A DNA stretch of 63,964 bases, counting the filler, from Stramenopiles sp. TOSAG23-6 (Eukaryota): the NCBI GenBank assembly GCA_900128565.1. It is 3 parts of 3 records of this genome, joined end to end, with 100 filler letters (N's around TTAATTAATTAA, not from the genome) between each part and the next. Parts side by side here need not be neighbours in the genome. Positions count along the whole stretch, not along the records: positions 1 to 22,317 come from LT636016.1; 2 more parts are not named here. One strand, written 5' to 3'. Both the position numbers and the translations under genes were made by a program. Below are positions 1 to 12,218 of this stretch, piece after piece (positions within the stretch are counted from its first letter, which is position 1; every line of letters starts with the position of its first letter). The notes under the pieces were generated by a model. The model made no database searches and had not been told where the DNA came from. It saw only the letters and a list, made by a program, of their open reading frames with translations.

Positions 1-55
1 GGTACAAAATTTCGTACGAAAAATAAATTCGAAATTGAAAAAAAATAAAACATAC
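1..55 (-). mobile_element. Introner-like intron, 5' part (cut by window edge)
   Basis: GTATGTTTT donor at 55 followed by family core. Confidence 0.8.
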
Positions 56-3000
56 TATAGTCACCTAAAGAACAAGCTCTATGGAATGCTGTTTCACCAA
101 GCACATCAGGTACAAATAAACAACCACCAAACTTGATAAATACTTGTATTAGTTTAATAGAACCAGTATTAACAGCAACATGCATAGATGTATATTTATT
201 TCGCATTTTTTTGCTTCTGTGATTGATGATAATTCCAGGTGAAATACCATAGAAACAACTCCGTTCATTTTTTTTGTTTTTTTCAAAAAATGATTCCAAT
301 TTTGATTTTATAAAAGGAAAATGATCATTATTTGTATCATTGTTTAAATTACATTTAATTGAATGTAATAACGATATTACTTCATCAGATAGACTTTGTT
401 TCATATTACTATAAGTCACACCTTTACAAAATTTATGAATGACATGCCATATGAAAAAATATTTCAAAAATTAAAATCGTTAGGTACGAAATTTCGTATG
501 AAAAAAAATAAATTAGAAATTCATATGAAACGTACATTGACAGCTTTAATTTGCTTTGCATATAATTTACAAATGTAGTGCCATTGGATTTGTCTTTGAA
601 TATTAAGATTTAAATAATAAAATGTATCAATATTATTTTCCACTAGTCCAATGCTTTTGTTATACCTGTATAAAGTAGTTATATTAGGTAATATACTCAA
701 CGGAATACGCATACTTTTCTGAACTAAATAACGTCTAACAACCTTTTGAATGAGTATAACTGCAAAGTATGCCGAATACAGAAATTTTGTTCTTGTTACT
801 GACATCTGAAAAAAGTCTATAATTCTTGAAACCATTTTGGAACATTCAACCTGAAACTTCTTTTTAGTATCCATGTGTAAGAAAAAAGAGGCACGGGAGA
901 TTATTCCTCTACAATGACTTTGTATTCTACTAATTAACAATGTCTTTTGAATTGTTTGTGTAATTATGCGTTTCGCACTGATTGTACCATCTTTAGGTTT
1001 TGCACTGATTGTTCCAGTTTTTTTAAAAAAATACAATGAAATTGCCCTTTTTAATATTGAAGTAGCTTTGTATTTCTTGGTCTTCATTAACATACTACGT
1101 TTAAATAAACATTGTTTCCATCTTGAAACAATAATCTTTGAAGCTATTATAATACCAAACAATGAAGATGAATGACTCAATGCACCATTTGCTCGCCACC
1201 AATTTACTATTACATTCAATGCTCTGCGTTTGTACCATTGGTCTATTCGAATTTGAAAGTCTGATTTTGCAAACAACATTGAATGACCCATCTTCCAATA
1301 CGTTTCGTGTCGACTATCATATTCATCATTACGTTTATTCGTCCCGCCATCAATTGCGGATACACAAAGGGAGTATATATTATTTCTAGCATTCAATACA
1401 TCATTTGTACACATCTCAGTGGATTCTGTAAAATATCTAGATGATATTGTATCTTTCCAAAATACATCATAATTTATTCGAAAAGGAAAACCATCTTTTC
1501 TCATTGCAACTACCTCCAAAATACCTGCATATAATAACTGTCTATACACTAACCTTTCATCATAATACACAAGACCATATACTGTGAAAAAATAGTTCAA
1601 ACGTTTGAAATTTGTTAGGTACAAAACTTTTAATAAAAATAAATAAATTTGAAATTGAAAAAAAATGAAATGAATGGTGAAAGTATACATCTATAGGTCT
1701 ATATTGTGATTCATTTGACTTGATACAATGCATATAGTGTGTGTGACTACGTTGAAGTGTACTCAAAACGCTCCCAAAATCGCTTGCATACTTTACTATT
1801 GCCGTAGTCCGATTATGAAGTTTTGTATCATTTTTTACATTTTTAGATGTGATATTTAATAGCTTGACTAAAAACTTATTATCAGACGAAGCACACAACT
1901 CAATAAGATTGTGAGTTAAACTATTTTCATTATACTGTAAAAATGTTTTCGAGTCATACATAACATCTCCAGCAAAATGAGAAATAGTAAATGTAGTCGT
2001 CGCTTTTTCATGTAATGTAGTCGTCGCTTCGTCATGTAATGTACCAGTTGACACAAAATTTCTCTTTAATTTTAAATACTTTGATGATTTGAGCTGTTTG
2101 CTATGTCGATTTCTACATGATTGACCTTGTGTCGTTTTGTGTGTATGAAAAAGGCTGGCACATATATCAACTCCATTTTTATTAGCATAACTTAAATCAT
2201 CCACCACCCGAAAAATACCATTGAATTCTGAATTCATCGTGTGTACTGTTTTATTATAATGTGTTTTGAACTGCATTTTACTTTCAAACGATTCACCATT
2301 AGTCTCTAAATCGTCATACATTTTACAATCTAATAAAGCACAACATGCATTGTTATCTTTGTAGATAATGTTACAATTGAACCCCTCCTTCTTATATAAA
2401 TTCATTTCTTCTTCAAATATTGCATCATTGTATAACTGGTACAACTTTTCATTGGCATAGTTTACACATAATGTATGTAATGAATTTTGGCTACTATCCT
2501 TATTATTTTGAAACCCTGATACATCTAAAACGCCAATAAAGTGATCTAATCTTGTACAACACGTCACAGCATTGCATACTTTGACTAACCAAGCAAATAG
2601 CTTGGCATAAATAAAACGAACTAATTTCCCCGCATTTTTTCTCAATAACAAAGAATCACTAGAGTGAATGGTAGTTTCACCATGTAATAATTGCAAATGT
2701 AAACTCTGTAAACAATTTGCTAAATTCTCACGAAAGCCTAAAATATTTGAAATATCTCTCAATACATGTTGAAACTCTAATTCATCATCCCAGACCTTCT
2801 CAATACATATACGACGTAGTTGAATACATGCACCTATTATTTTCCATAATTCGTCTTGTTCAGTTTTTGATACTCCAAGTATAGACAATATTGACGTTGC
2901 TTTACTTTTGATATTTTGTTCATTTTTCTCACTTTTATAATTCTTAGAATATTTTTCTTGTTTTAAATTCAAATGTTTTTCATTTTCAATGAGTTCTTGC

Positions 3001-4025
3001 TCTAAAATAGGAAACAATTTCCCACCATTAATAATTCTAAAAGTATCCAATAAAAAATATTCTATTTCAGTTCCAATAGCTACTCCATCAGAAAACCAAA
3101 CCTTTGTAAATTTTCCAAAAGAAGAAGTATTTTCATTTTCTACAGTACCAAAAAGTTCTAACAAATTTGATACACTTTGCGAAAGAAAATTCATTTTTTT
3201 TCGATTATTTGTACCAGAAGATGATATGTTTTGAAGGTATTCTATCATTATTTTACCTACTTTTGTTTTCCCTGATCCATGTACACCTGAAATAATACAA
3301 CTTTGATGAAACGTTTTTCTTTCTAAAGTATTAATTTTCTTCAATTTTGAATTTTCTTCATTATTTTGTGTACTTTCAGATTTTAAATTGTCTTTTTCAC
3401 TTCTTTTTTTGAAAAGTTTAGATTGTAAATCAAAATATGCTTTATGTGCTATTGAATAAGGACTCGGTGGCATTCTTTCATATGAAAATGTCATTTTGTT
3501 TTCACTCGGAAAAGAATAAAAAAGTGACATAAAAGGGTTAAATGAGAGTAGAATATCCCCAACATAGGTATACATCTTGTATTGTTCTATTGTTCGACGC
3601 TTTAATACTTTTATCATTGACGCTTCGCTAAATGCCTGAATATCACAAATATCAATGGGAAGTACAGTTGCATCGTGTGATATATCATAAGGAAACACAT
3701 AAGAATTGTTGACAGTTAAGCGCACACCCTTTTGGTTTGTAATGATACTCGTATTATTATGAATACTTTCACGGTTTCCTATTTCAAATAGATTTGTACA
3801 CATATACTGCATTTTTGCATTAGATGAATATTTCGATTCCATATTATACTCTTTTATACATTCATGCAGTGAACGGTTGGTCCAACCCAAAAAATCTTTG
3901 AGATCAAAATCATTAGATAGTTTCGTGCAAAACTGTCTTCTCAATTGGTCTTTTGCAACTACTTCATTACAACTAACATTATTACCCTGATACGAATCAC
4001 CAACACGATAGTAGCACTTATTCAT
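56..4025 (-). CDS. Divergent myosin (motor domain + IQ-like motifs + ankyrin repeats), 3'-truncated by window
   Basis: Motor motifs MYTYVGDILLSFNPF, ISGVHGSGKT, SSFGK, IGVLDVSGFQ, LCVNYANEKL, FTISHFAGDVMY, HCIKSN, GILE..GFPFR; IQ-like IQSHCRG and IQKVVRRY; ankyrin GETAFHRAC. Inferred exons 4025-1689, 1576-536, 443-56. Confidence 0.85.
444..535 (-). mobile_element. Introner-like intron GT..CAT
   Basis: AAT|GTACGT..TACCTAAC..GGCAT|GTC restores frame; first downstream AG is out of frame. Confidence 0.8.
1577..1688 (-). mobile_element. Introner-like intron GT..TAT
   Basis: GAT|GTATAC..CACAGTATAT|GGT joins the myosin frames; CAG 5 nt upstream is out of frame. Confidence 0.8.
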
Positions 4026-4171
4026 TTTTACGTACAATTAAGGGTGAAACCTCAATTTTGTAATGACGCATTGTCTAAACCTAAATCCATGCCAAATTTA
4101 ACGTACAGATAGTATCTATGCCTACTACTATAGTACCTAGTACCCAGTACTAATGGAAAATTCGATTTGGA

Positions 4172-4190
4172 CCGGGTATTACCGGGTAAT
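4172..4190. promoter_or_regulatory. Candidate promoter motif CCGGGTAA (also at 36087 and 51222; variants near 12116 and 43425)
   Basis: GC-rich motif recurring in 5' intergenic regions. Confidence 0.4.
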
Positions 4191-4884
4191 AAAAAGAATC
4201 TAGAAAATGTCAGAAAATGTCTTCATCACACGAAGTTGCTGCATTATCAAGGGAATCATGACATTGTAACCTACCTATACATAGTTAGGAATACAAGTTT
4301 CACTGAAAATGATCAAAACTTGTACATCAGTACAACATCATATAGTAGTACATAATATTGGGTTAAAAAACATAAACAAAAAATTTTATCCTTTTTTATA
4401 TAAACTGGATTATAATATTATACTATATGAAATTTCTTGTATCATTGTTTTCGCCTTTTCTCAAAATGTTTTCATGCTTTACAATCTCAAATCGGCCTTC
4501 AACCCACTGTTGAATATTTTTTTAATTTACAACTTTTATACACATTCTGATTTTTATACACATTCTGATTTTTGTAAAGCATTTGAGTACCGTGTATGTA
4601 TCCATCATCTTTTTTACATCCTGATTTTTATAAAACATATGAGTACCGTGTATGTATCCATCATCATCTACACAATTACGTACTACATGGTTTATTTAAG
4701 ATTATGACGATAACGCAACCAGGCCTTTTTACCAACATTTTACAAATTCTTTTATGGTTAGAGTTCTTAAGAATCACCGACTCATAAGCTTCTTTTCTGT
4801 ACAATTATTTCATATTTATATATTTCCTATATTTTGTGTCTTCTTTACTATTTGGCTTATACTGCCATAACATATTACATATAC

Positions 4885-6888
4885 TTATTTGTTCCTATCC
4901 TTTCCTTCTGCGGCATTGGGGTTAGCGGGAGATATAACAACAGCTGCGCTTTTACTCCTTGATTTATCTTTTTCCTTTTTATTTTTTTGTCTTGTGCCTT
5001 GAGATGATCGGAGAGATTTACTTCGCTGTGGTACCGATGCACCTCTTTTAGCATCCTTTGCTGCTGTTCCATGTGAAGATCTACTATCACGAGAAACTCG
5101 ATCATTTGACCGTAAATTTGTGAATTTCGTATTGTCTTTAAACGTTTCGTCAACTTCCATATTTGTATTTTTTTCATCATATCCATCATTTTGACGTGGT
5201 GTTTGAGTACACTGATCAACTGTTTTATTAGTGCTAATAACATCAGTTGGTCCTTTAGTACAAGATATTGTTTTGGAAACTTTATTCGACAAACAAGAAT
5301 TTCCAATAGACGCAGAACTGCTTGAAGCGCCTGTTTTTATATTTTCTTCTGTTTTGTTTGACATTTTATCTTCACGTTCACTAGTCTGTGTACCGCTCGA
5401 AATAGACTGAGTAGCGCCATCACGATGCACTGCAACTTTTGACTGATTTGGAACACGATTAAAAAAGGGATGCTGGAGAGCTTTAACAGGAGTTATTCTT
5501 TCTTTTGGATTTTGACATAACATCTGGTCAATTAAATCGAGAAATACGAGATAGTCATCCAATGTATGACCAGCTTCGCCTTTTCGACGACTTGTTGGTC
5601 CTCCTGTATATACACCAATAATATCAGCAAGCGTTTTATTTTCTGATGAACTGCTGGGGTTAGAATTTTCATCCTTATCATTCGCTGTTTTTCCACTACT
5701 TGATTTTTCTTCACCTGTATCATCTTCTTTGTTTTTAAGATTTCGTGTTTTCTCCGAGACATTCTTTTCTTTCTTTTTTTTACGTTTTGCTGACGGAGAC
5801 TGGCGAATGACATAAGTAACATTCTTTTTATCTGATGTAGAGTCAGATGAATTAATAACATCAAAGAATTGCTTCACTTTGGGGGATTCTTCAAGCATTT
5901 GATTTGGTGGAATTCCACGCAACTTGACAATCCTTCGCATTTGGTCACCCTCATCAGAACCGTTAAAAAGTGGCTCACCTGTATGCATTTCCACTAGAAT
6001 ACAACCTAAACTCCACATATCAATACCGACAGAATAATCTAGACCTAAAATGACTTCTGGCGACCTATAAAATCTCGATTGAATATATTTATACATGCGC
6101 TTTTCTCCGTAACAACTACTACCAAAGTCAATTACCTTTATTGCAGATCGCCTCGGATGACGAAGTAAAATGTTCTCTGGTTTAAGATCACAATGTACGA
6201 CATTGATTTCTGGAAGAGAGAGGAATGCTAATGCTTGAAGCAATTGTAAACCAAATTTGCGAATTAAATTTAAAGAAACGCCATTAAAAGAAGTATTTCG
6301 CAGGAGGTCATACAAATTGTAGCTCAAAAGTTCAAATACTAAACAAGTATGATTACGATGCACAAAGTTATCCAATAATCGTACAATAAACCATTTGTCA
6401 TGAGGGTCTTTTGAGTTTAAGTATTCTAACAAATTGATTTCTGTTTGTGCTTGTTTTGTAAACGGCTTACGGCTCTTAATAATTTTTATAGCAACATGAG
6501 TTTTTTTTCTACGATCAAAAGCTCTGACGACTTGACCGAAAGAACCCTTACCTATCCTCTTGTCAATGATATAATTTTCGTTAAATATCTCATTTTCACG
6601 AACTTTATAGTTGTATTCGTCATCGTCATAGCCATTATTATATTCACGCTTTTGATTTTTCTGTGTCTGAAGTTTTTTATGTTTTGCTTGATAATACACT
6701 TCGTTAATTCTCTTGTATGTGTGTATGAGATTAATTGTTAACTTGCGTAAAGGAGCCTCGATTGGATCACGTGGTTTAGATAACTCATTATTTGCTATAT
6801 CACTGGATGTCAAGTCTTTTGATTCAGACACAAATTCTTCGGGGCCGCGTTCTGTTACAGATGAAACAGTAGCAGCACCCGGCTCCAT
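4885..6888 (-). CDS. DYRK1: DYRK1-family dual-specificity kinase, intronless
   Basis: DH box [49 protein letters not shown] at 6888 (MEPGAA) preferred over the upstream extension in the ORF track. Confidence 0.92.
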   Translation of the reverse strand: MEPGAATVSSVTERGPEEFVSESKDLTSSDIANNELSKPRDPIEAPLRKLTINLIHTYKRINEVYYQAKHKKLQTQKNQKREYNNGYDDDEYNYKVRENEIFNENYIIDKRIGKGSFGQVVRAFDRRKKTHVAIKIIKSRKPFTKQAQTEINLLEYLNSKDPHDKWFIVRLLDNFVHRNHTCLVFELLSYNLYDLLRNTSFNGVSLNLIRKFGLQLLQALAFLSLPEINVVHCDLKPENILLRHPRRSAIKVIDFGSSCYGEKRMYKYIQSRFYRSPEVILGLDYSVGIDMWSLGCILVEMHTGEPLFNGSDEGDQMRRIVKLRGIPPNQMLEESPKVKQFFDVINSSDSTSDKKNVTYVIRQSPSAKRKKKKEKNVSEKTRNLKNKEDDTGEEKSSSGKTANDKDENSNPSSSSENKTLADIIGVYTGGPTSRRKGEAGHTLDDYLVFLDLIDQMLCQNPKERITPVKALQHPFFNRVPNQSKVAVHRDGATQSISSGTQTSEREDKMSNKTEENIKTGASSSSASIGNSCLSNKVSKTISCTKGPTDVISTNKTVDQCTQTPRQNDGYDEKNTNMEVDETFKDNTKFTNLRSNDRVSRDSRSSHGTAAKDAKRGASVPQRSKSLRSSQGTRQKNKKEKDKSRSKSAAVVISPANPNAAEGKDRNK

Positions 6889-7684
6889 TGTATTTTGTGT
6901 TTTTTTCAAGTACGTAATCTTTTTATTTGAAATATTCCTACTAAAGTCTGTTGAATTTGAAATATTGTAACATTGTATGAAAATGAGTATAATGCAAGAT
7001 TGAAATATCATAGAAACTTTGCTCAAACAAAGTCTACACAACGGAAAGACGAAGAAAAAAGCAAAGCAAAATGAAACAGAAACACAAAGTCGAAACAACA
7101 TATTGTTGAATAAAACCAAGAAAAATGAACCCTAGAATACTAAAATCGAAGCATCGAAAGTATACAGAGAGTTTTAACATCAATTTGCTGAAGATTTCAT
7201 GCCTAAATATAACCCTATCAAAACTCTATGCGTCCGAAACGAAAGGTCATAGGAGAGTCTGAACAGTTGATGCATTGGGCTTCTTGGAAAGAACTTTTTA
7301 GAATCAAGGAAAAAGAAAACACCACCAAAAAGATAGATCGCAAATAGCACTATAATTAACTTACGCTTGTTTCATAATATGGTGTATACCATGACAGAAC
7401 TCATCGAGATCAAAATGAAGGTCTTACAAATCAGTGTAGTATTTTTGAATTTCCACTTTAGGTAGGCTCCTACGGATTAGAATTTGGCGGGAAAGTTCCA
7501 CACTTTCTTGCTCTCAAGTACGAAAATTTCGTCTCAAGTACGAAAATTTCGTACGTAATTTTTTTAAAAATTTTTAAACTTGGAAATTCGCGCGAAATTA
7601 TATTGACAGGTTTGTGCCATCGCCTAAATTTTTTGGAAGGAAAGGAAAAGAGTTTTTTTTGCTTTTTTTTTATAAATCTATAAA

Positions 7685-9289
7685 TCAAGACAAAGACTGT
7701 ACAACACAACCTGGAGAATCAGCAAGACGATAATGAAGAGTAAGGTGTTTATCTGTATCATGCCAGCGTGTTTTGGATATAAAATCCAACGACAATTCTA
7801 AACCCAGAACTTCACCTCTGCAATAAATGGATAATTTTTCAGTTTTTTCTGAAATTCCTAATTTCTTTGCAATGTATTTTTTTAAGTGTCGAACACGTAA
7901 ACCTGGAGATGTTTGAAGATATGGCTTCATAAGAGGAGGCAATAATCCAGGGTGAAGCTCTTCAATATATTGCGGAATTTTAGCATCCTTTACATTTAAA
8001 TTATTTTTTTCATCTTGTGAAATATTTGATGATGTAGAGTCGGGTTTATTTTGTTCATTCTTTGTAGTTTTCGATCCATCAGTCAAGTTTTCTTGTTTTG
8101 ATTGTGTTTTAACCACAGGTTTATCCCAACTGACATCGTTTTCAGATATATTAATATAATACACTTTGGTTTCGGCGTCATCATTCATAATACGATGTAA
8201 CTTTCTCCAGCCAAATACACTCGGTAGTGGCAAAAATAAATTTAGCTTTGAACTAGTAGATACTGGCATTGACAACGTTTTTGGCTTTTTTCCTTTTTTT
8301 GATTTCTTTGTCCTTTTTGCTCCAATATTTGTCATCAAAGTTTTAAGTATACTTAAATCTGGTGTTAATTTAAATGCAATTTCTGTTTCAAGTCTACGGC
8401 GATTTTCAGTAACAAGTAAAGAATTTTGGCGCCTTTTATTCCTCTCCAGCAATGCACCATCTGTAATAAATGCTTCAACTTCCATATCATGAAAAGAATG
8501 ACCAATTGATGAGTCTTCTAGTATTTTATTTCTTTGCTTTTCAATGGCTCGTTCACGCTCAATAAATTCGCGTTTTCTTTTTATACCAATTTCAGAATAA
8601 AAGTGGGTCTCCGCTTGAGAATCTGCCTCGGTGAGGTTAGGTATAATTTTATCTACTATGGATTGTAGCGTTCTATCAAATAAAACAAGAGTCCGAGGAT
8701 TTGGAGCTAAATTCACACTGCATACGGGACAACTCGTGGAACCCTTAGCAAAATGTTGATAAATGCAACTACGACAAAAAGAGTGGAGACATTCTACTAC
8801 AGTGAAAGCTTCCCGGTAATATCCCGAACATAACTTACAAATGAGGTGTGAGTTGAGACGTGAAAGGTTTATTGAAACATTTGGTTGGTAGAAGGCTTGT
8901 TTCCCACCCTTCGCAGTTCCTTCTGTTGTCAAGGGGGCTAGAGAAGCAGTGTTTCGATTTCTAGTGAGAATTTCGTTCTCTGAGTTTTCATCAGAAGTAT
9001 CAGAACTACTTTCACTATCACTACTACTATCCGTATCTGAACTACTACTACTACTACTTTCAGAGTCATTCTCACAAGTTATTTTGTTATATTTAGGAGG
9101 GGATAAACTTTCCTCCAGATTCTTTTTAGCCACCTTTGCCTTATTCGTATCAACAAGAATATTTGATTTCTCATTGTCATTTGCAGAGTCTTTTAAATTT
9201 TTAGTATCATTGTTTGGTGTAGTATCATCAACATCCATATGATCTTCATCGACTTCTACCGAAGAAGTGTTTAAAGTTGCCTCAGGCAT
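7685..9289 (-). CDS. PCGF/PSC-like polycomb RING finger protein with WW-like segment and C-terminal RAWUL-like domain
   Basis: HLICKLCSGYY..ECLHSFCRSCI..CPVC, DRTLQSIVDKI, YLQTSPGLRVRHLKKYIAKKL..IYCRGEVLG..LTLHYR; WW-like GW..YYIN..SWDKP. Confidence 0.85.
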   Translation of the reverse strand: MPEATLNTSSVEVDEDHMDVDDTTPNNDTKNLKDSANDNEKSNILVDTNKAKVAKKNLEESLSPPKYNKITCENDSESSSSSSSDTDSSSDSESSSDTSDENSENEILTRNRNTASLAPLTTEGTAKGGKQAFYQPNVSINLSRLNSHLICKLCSGYYREAFTVVECLHSFCRSCIYQHFAKGSTSCPVCSVNLAPNPRTLVLFDRTLQSIVDKIIPNLTEADSQAETHFYSEIGIKRKREFIERERAIEKQRNKILEDSSIGHSFHDMEVEAFITDGALLERNKRRQNSLLVTENRRRLETEIAFKLTPDLSILKTLMTNIGAKRTKKSKKGKKPKTLSMPVSTSSKLNLFLPLPSVFGWRKLHRIMNDDAETKVYYINISENDVSWDKPVVKTQSKQENLTDGSKTTKNEQNKPDSTSSNISQDEKNNLNVKDAKIPQYIEELHPGLLPPLMKPYLQTSPGLRVRHLKKYIAKKLGISEKTEKLSIYCRGEVLGLELSLDFISKTRWHDTDKHLTLHYRLADSPGCVVQSLS

Positions 9290-9870
9290 TATCTATTCCT
9301 GCTGAAAAAAAAATACTCACTGATCAAAAACACAATGTTTCTTTGTACAATTTTACGGAAAGATTCTGAATTACATACACTACTCACAAAGCTATTTCCG
9401 AACACTAGTATTAAATCTCAACCTGTATTTACAAAAAGAATCTCTATGTCGGTGTTGAACAATTTCACACTCACTTATCCTTTAGTAAAACGAGTACACG
9501 TCGGCTCGTTGTTGGGGTTGTTGGGTCTGTATGTCTGTCTGTGTCTCTCGCGACTCGAGATTTTCTGGCTTGACCGCTGAAAAATTGAGTTTGAGTGACA
9601 AGGGGCAGGTTTGTGCGTGAATTCTTTCGGTCAAAACGTCTTCTTCTTGAATGTGAATGATATATGATATTTTCAATATTTTCAATATCAATAGAATCCG
9701 ATATAGCGATATAGATTTCGGATTTGAATCAATTGCTTTAGATTATAAAAGTCACTCTCGTTGTTCATGACTTTTTCAATCGAACGAATAAGATTTCAGA
9801 TTGAATTTCGAGAAGATTAGAGATTGGTAAAGGCAGCACCTTTGACATTATATCTTTGGGGTATAAAATC

Positions 9871-10951
9871 ATGACAACTGCAGCTATTGATTTTGTCCAT
9901 AGTCCTTCAATAATTGAAGTAGGGAAACAATTTTATCTATCGTATCAACCTCTGCGTGATGCTAGTGGATCTACAAGTAGTGCTTATATTGGTATATTTT
10001 CCCCAAACGAATCTGAAAACGAATTAAAAGCACGAAGATTTTATAAAGACGATATAGAATATCCAGAAAAGAAGGATTTACTTTGGGCATCAAATTATGT
10101 TCCAACAAAACCAGGTGTGTATGAATTTCGATACTATAGAAAACACACTTTGTTAGGTAAAAGTCCCGTTACAGTTGTTGCTAGAGGTCATGGGCCACAT
10201 CAGTCAACAGAGAGATATCCTTACTCTCAACGGGGAAATTCCACTTCATATAAAGTCACTATTTGTTCAAAGCACTCTCAAAGCTCATATTGGCCTGAGT
10301 ATCTCCCCATAGACAAAACACGATTTCTCATAATTGAAAGAAGCAAAAATGCTTCAGTTGTCGTGTATGATAGCAGTCCAATTCAAAATAATATCGTAAA
10401 TACTACAACTAAACATCCTACTGCCAGGATACGGTGGTGTTCATGGGGCTGGACGGCTGAGCCCGAGTATAATAAGTTGAATTATATCCAAAATCAAATT
10501 GCTTATGGTCTGACCCTAACAAAGTCATTACAATGCCCTTCAAAATCCCACAATACGTCTGTCGATAACAAAAACGACTGTCCGGATGAAACTGATGTTG
10601 TTGCATCATATATTGTAAAGATGGTTGCAGTTCCAGAAATGGAAGCTAGATTAGAAATCTTGAGGGATGTATTTTTTTTTTTTTTTTTCAATTTCAAATT
10701 TATTTTTCGTACGAAATTTTGTACCTAACGATTTTTTTTTTTTTTTTTAATATTTTTTCAAAATACATGGGACTTCAATTTTAGTATGTCTGGTAGATTG
10801 TGGTGAAATTATTTTACATAAACTATTCATTTGCACTAAAGAAAGATTTCTTAATCCTATACCAAAAGTTGTTTATGTTGATTTATATGGAGAAATTCGT
10901 GCAACAAGGAAATCAATAGTTTGGAGATATAAAAAAACAAAAGAAAAATAA
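9871..10951 (+). CDS. DUF4833-like protein with N-terminal SKICH-like segment
   Basis: IIERSKNASVVVYD, LNYIQNQIAYG, PKVVYVDLYG. Inferred exons 9871-10668 and 10769-10951. Confidence 0.7.
10669..10768 (+). mobile_element. Introner-like intron GT..CAT
   Basis: GAT|GTATTT..AAAATACAT|GGG; next AG leads to a stop. Confidence 0.85.
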
Positions 10952-11069
10952 TCGTCAATATTGAATATTACTTTTTATTATTTTTGCTATAAAGGTATTG
11001 TAAAAAAAACTAAAATTAACAATTATTCGTAAAAAATAAAAAATATTTATACTTTTCTCGAAACAATCT

Positions 11070-11762
11070 TTATACTTTTCTCGCAACACGAATTAATTTT
11101 TGCACTTTTCGTAAAATTATTTCATTTGTGCTTTCACAGCAGTCAAAATCATAGGGATAATGTATTAAAAGTTGCCCCGATAATACTTCAAATACAGGTT
11201 TTTCGTTACTATCCGGTTGCTTGTGCATGCGGTACTGCCAAGGAATTTTATTACTATTCAAAAGATTTTCTATGATTTTGCTTCTAACCCTAACCCTATC
11301 ATTTATATTATCATCACAACTATGAGGAAATGTTTTATCATGATGTAGAGTAATTTCTTCACAATTCTTACTTCCTATGGAATTTGAGGATCTTAAATCA
11401 AGAGGAACTTTCCATAGACCTTCACCAGTTGTATATTTGGAATGCACTGATTTACCTATGTGCGCTAATTGTATGAGGGAATGGTCAAAGATAATCAACG
11501 CACGCAGTCTTGATGGCTTTTTAGATGGTTTTATTGATGGATCATCAACAGATTTTACTGACAAATCTGTTTTTTTTATTGGTGTTTCTATAAGAAGAAT
11601 TATAGAGGAAGTAACAGGATCTACACAATATAAAATACCCTTCTTTTGACTACCATCTATAAGGGTAGCGATGCAAACATAACCAACGTAGTCTACGTGA
11701 TCACTAGGTTGAATCTCTTTTAGATCCACATTTTTGTCAAAGTCTGTAGTATTGTTCTCCAT
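11070..11762 (-). CDS. GEMIN6: Gemin6-like Sm-fold protein (SMN complex)
   Basis: GILYCVDPVTSSIILL Sm-like segment and C-terminal LLIHYPYDFDCCESTNEIILRKVQKLI. Confidence 0.75.
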   Translation of the reverse strand: MENNTTDFDKNVDLKEIQPSDHVDYVGYVCIATLIDGSQKKGILYCVDPVTSSIILLIETPIKKTDLSVKSVDDPSIKPSKKPSRLRALIIFDHSLIQLAHIGKSVHSKYTTGEGLWKVPLDLRSSNSIGSKNCEEITLHHDKTFPHSCDDNINDRVRVRSKIIENLLNSNKIPWQYRMHKQPDSNEKPVFEVLSGQLLIHYPYDFDCCESTNEIILRKVQKLIRVARKV

Positions 11763-11944
11763 ACCGGTGTTATTGGATTATTATTAGACTACTGAATGAC
11801 AAATTTGTATACGTACCTGCCTAGCTAGAGTATAGCTACCCGCAATTTATCTGATAACCTGGATTACACAAATAGACTGTAGTTTCCAACTCTCTTGATA
11901 TACCTATAGCATCAACTTAAAATGCAGAAGGATGATGGTCCTCG

Positions 11945-11945
<1 letters not shown>

Positions 11946-11971
<26 letters not shown>
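11946..11971. repeat. (TA)n microsatellite
   Basis: Directly visible TA run in intergenic DNA. Confidence 0.9.
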
Positions 11972-11975
<4 letters not shown>

Positions 11976-12218
11976 AGCTAACTAAAACTAGCTACCGTAG
12001 ACAATGCGACTTTAATAAAGCTAACAACTACCTTTTTTTTGGGCGTGGAACGTGGTCATAAGACTACGACGTCTCTCTCCAAGAAGACTCAGGTCAATAA
12101 TTTTTGACTTGATTGATACCCGGTAACATGTTTTCGTAACTGTCTTCAAAAGTTCCAACGGTACCTATCTTGGTGAGACAGACATACGAGATCATTATCA
12201 AGATTTCTTATATTTAGA

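Noticed and set aside
6889-7119. Hydrophobic N-terminal extension of the DYRK ORF
   Set aside because: Begins at a non-ATG codon and looks like T-rich 5' UTR; ATG 6888 is more plausible.
10667-10766. U12-type AT-AC interpretation of the introns
   Set aside because: No RTATCCTT donor; many copies lack the upstream AT or the AC, while GT is nearly invariant and AG members share the GT register.
11070-11762. Gemin6 and THOC1 as dedicated partners of the unusual introns
   Set aside because: Ordinary housekeeping RNA-processing genes; proximity in a eukaryotic window gives no evidence of a link.
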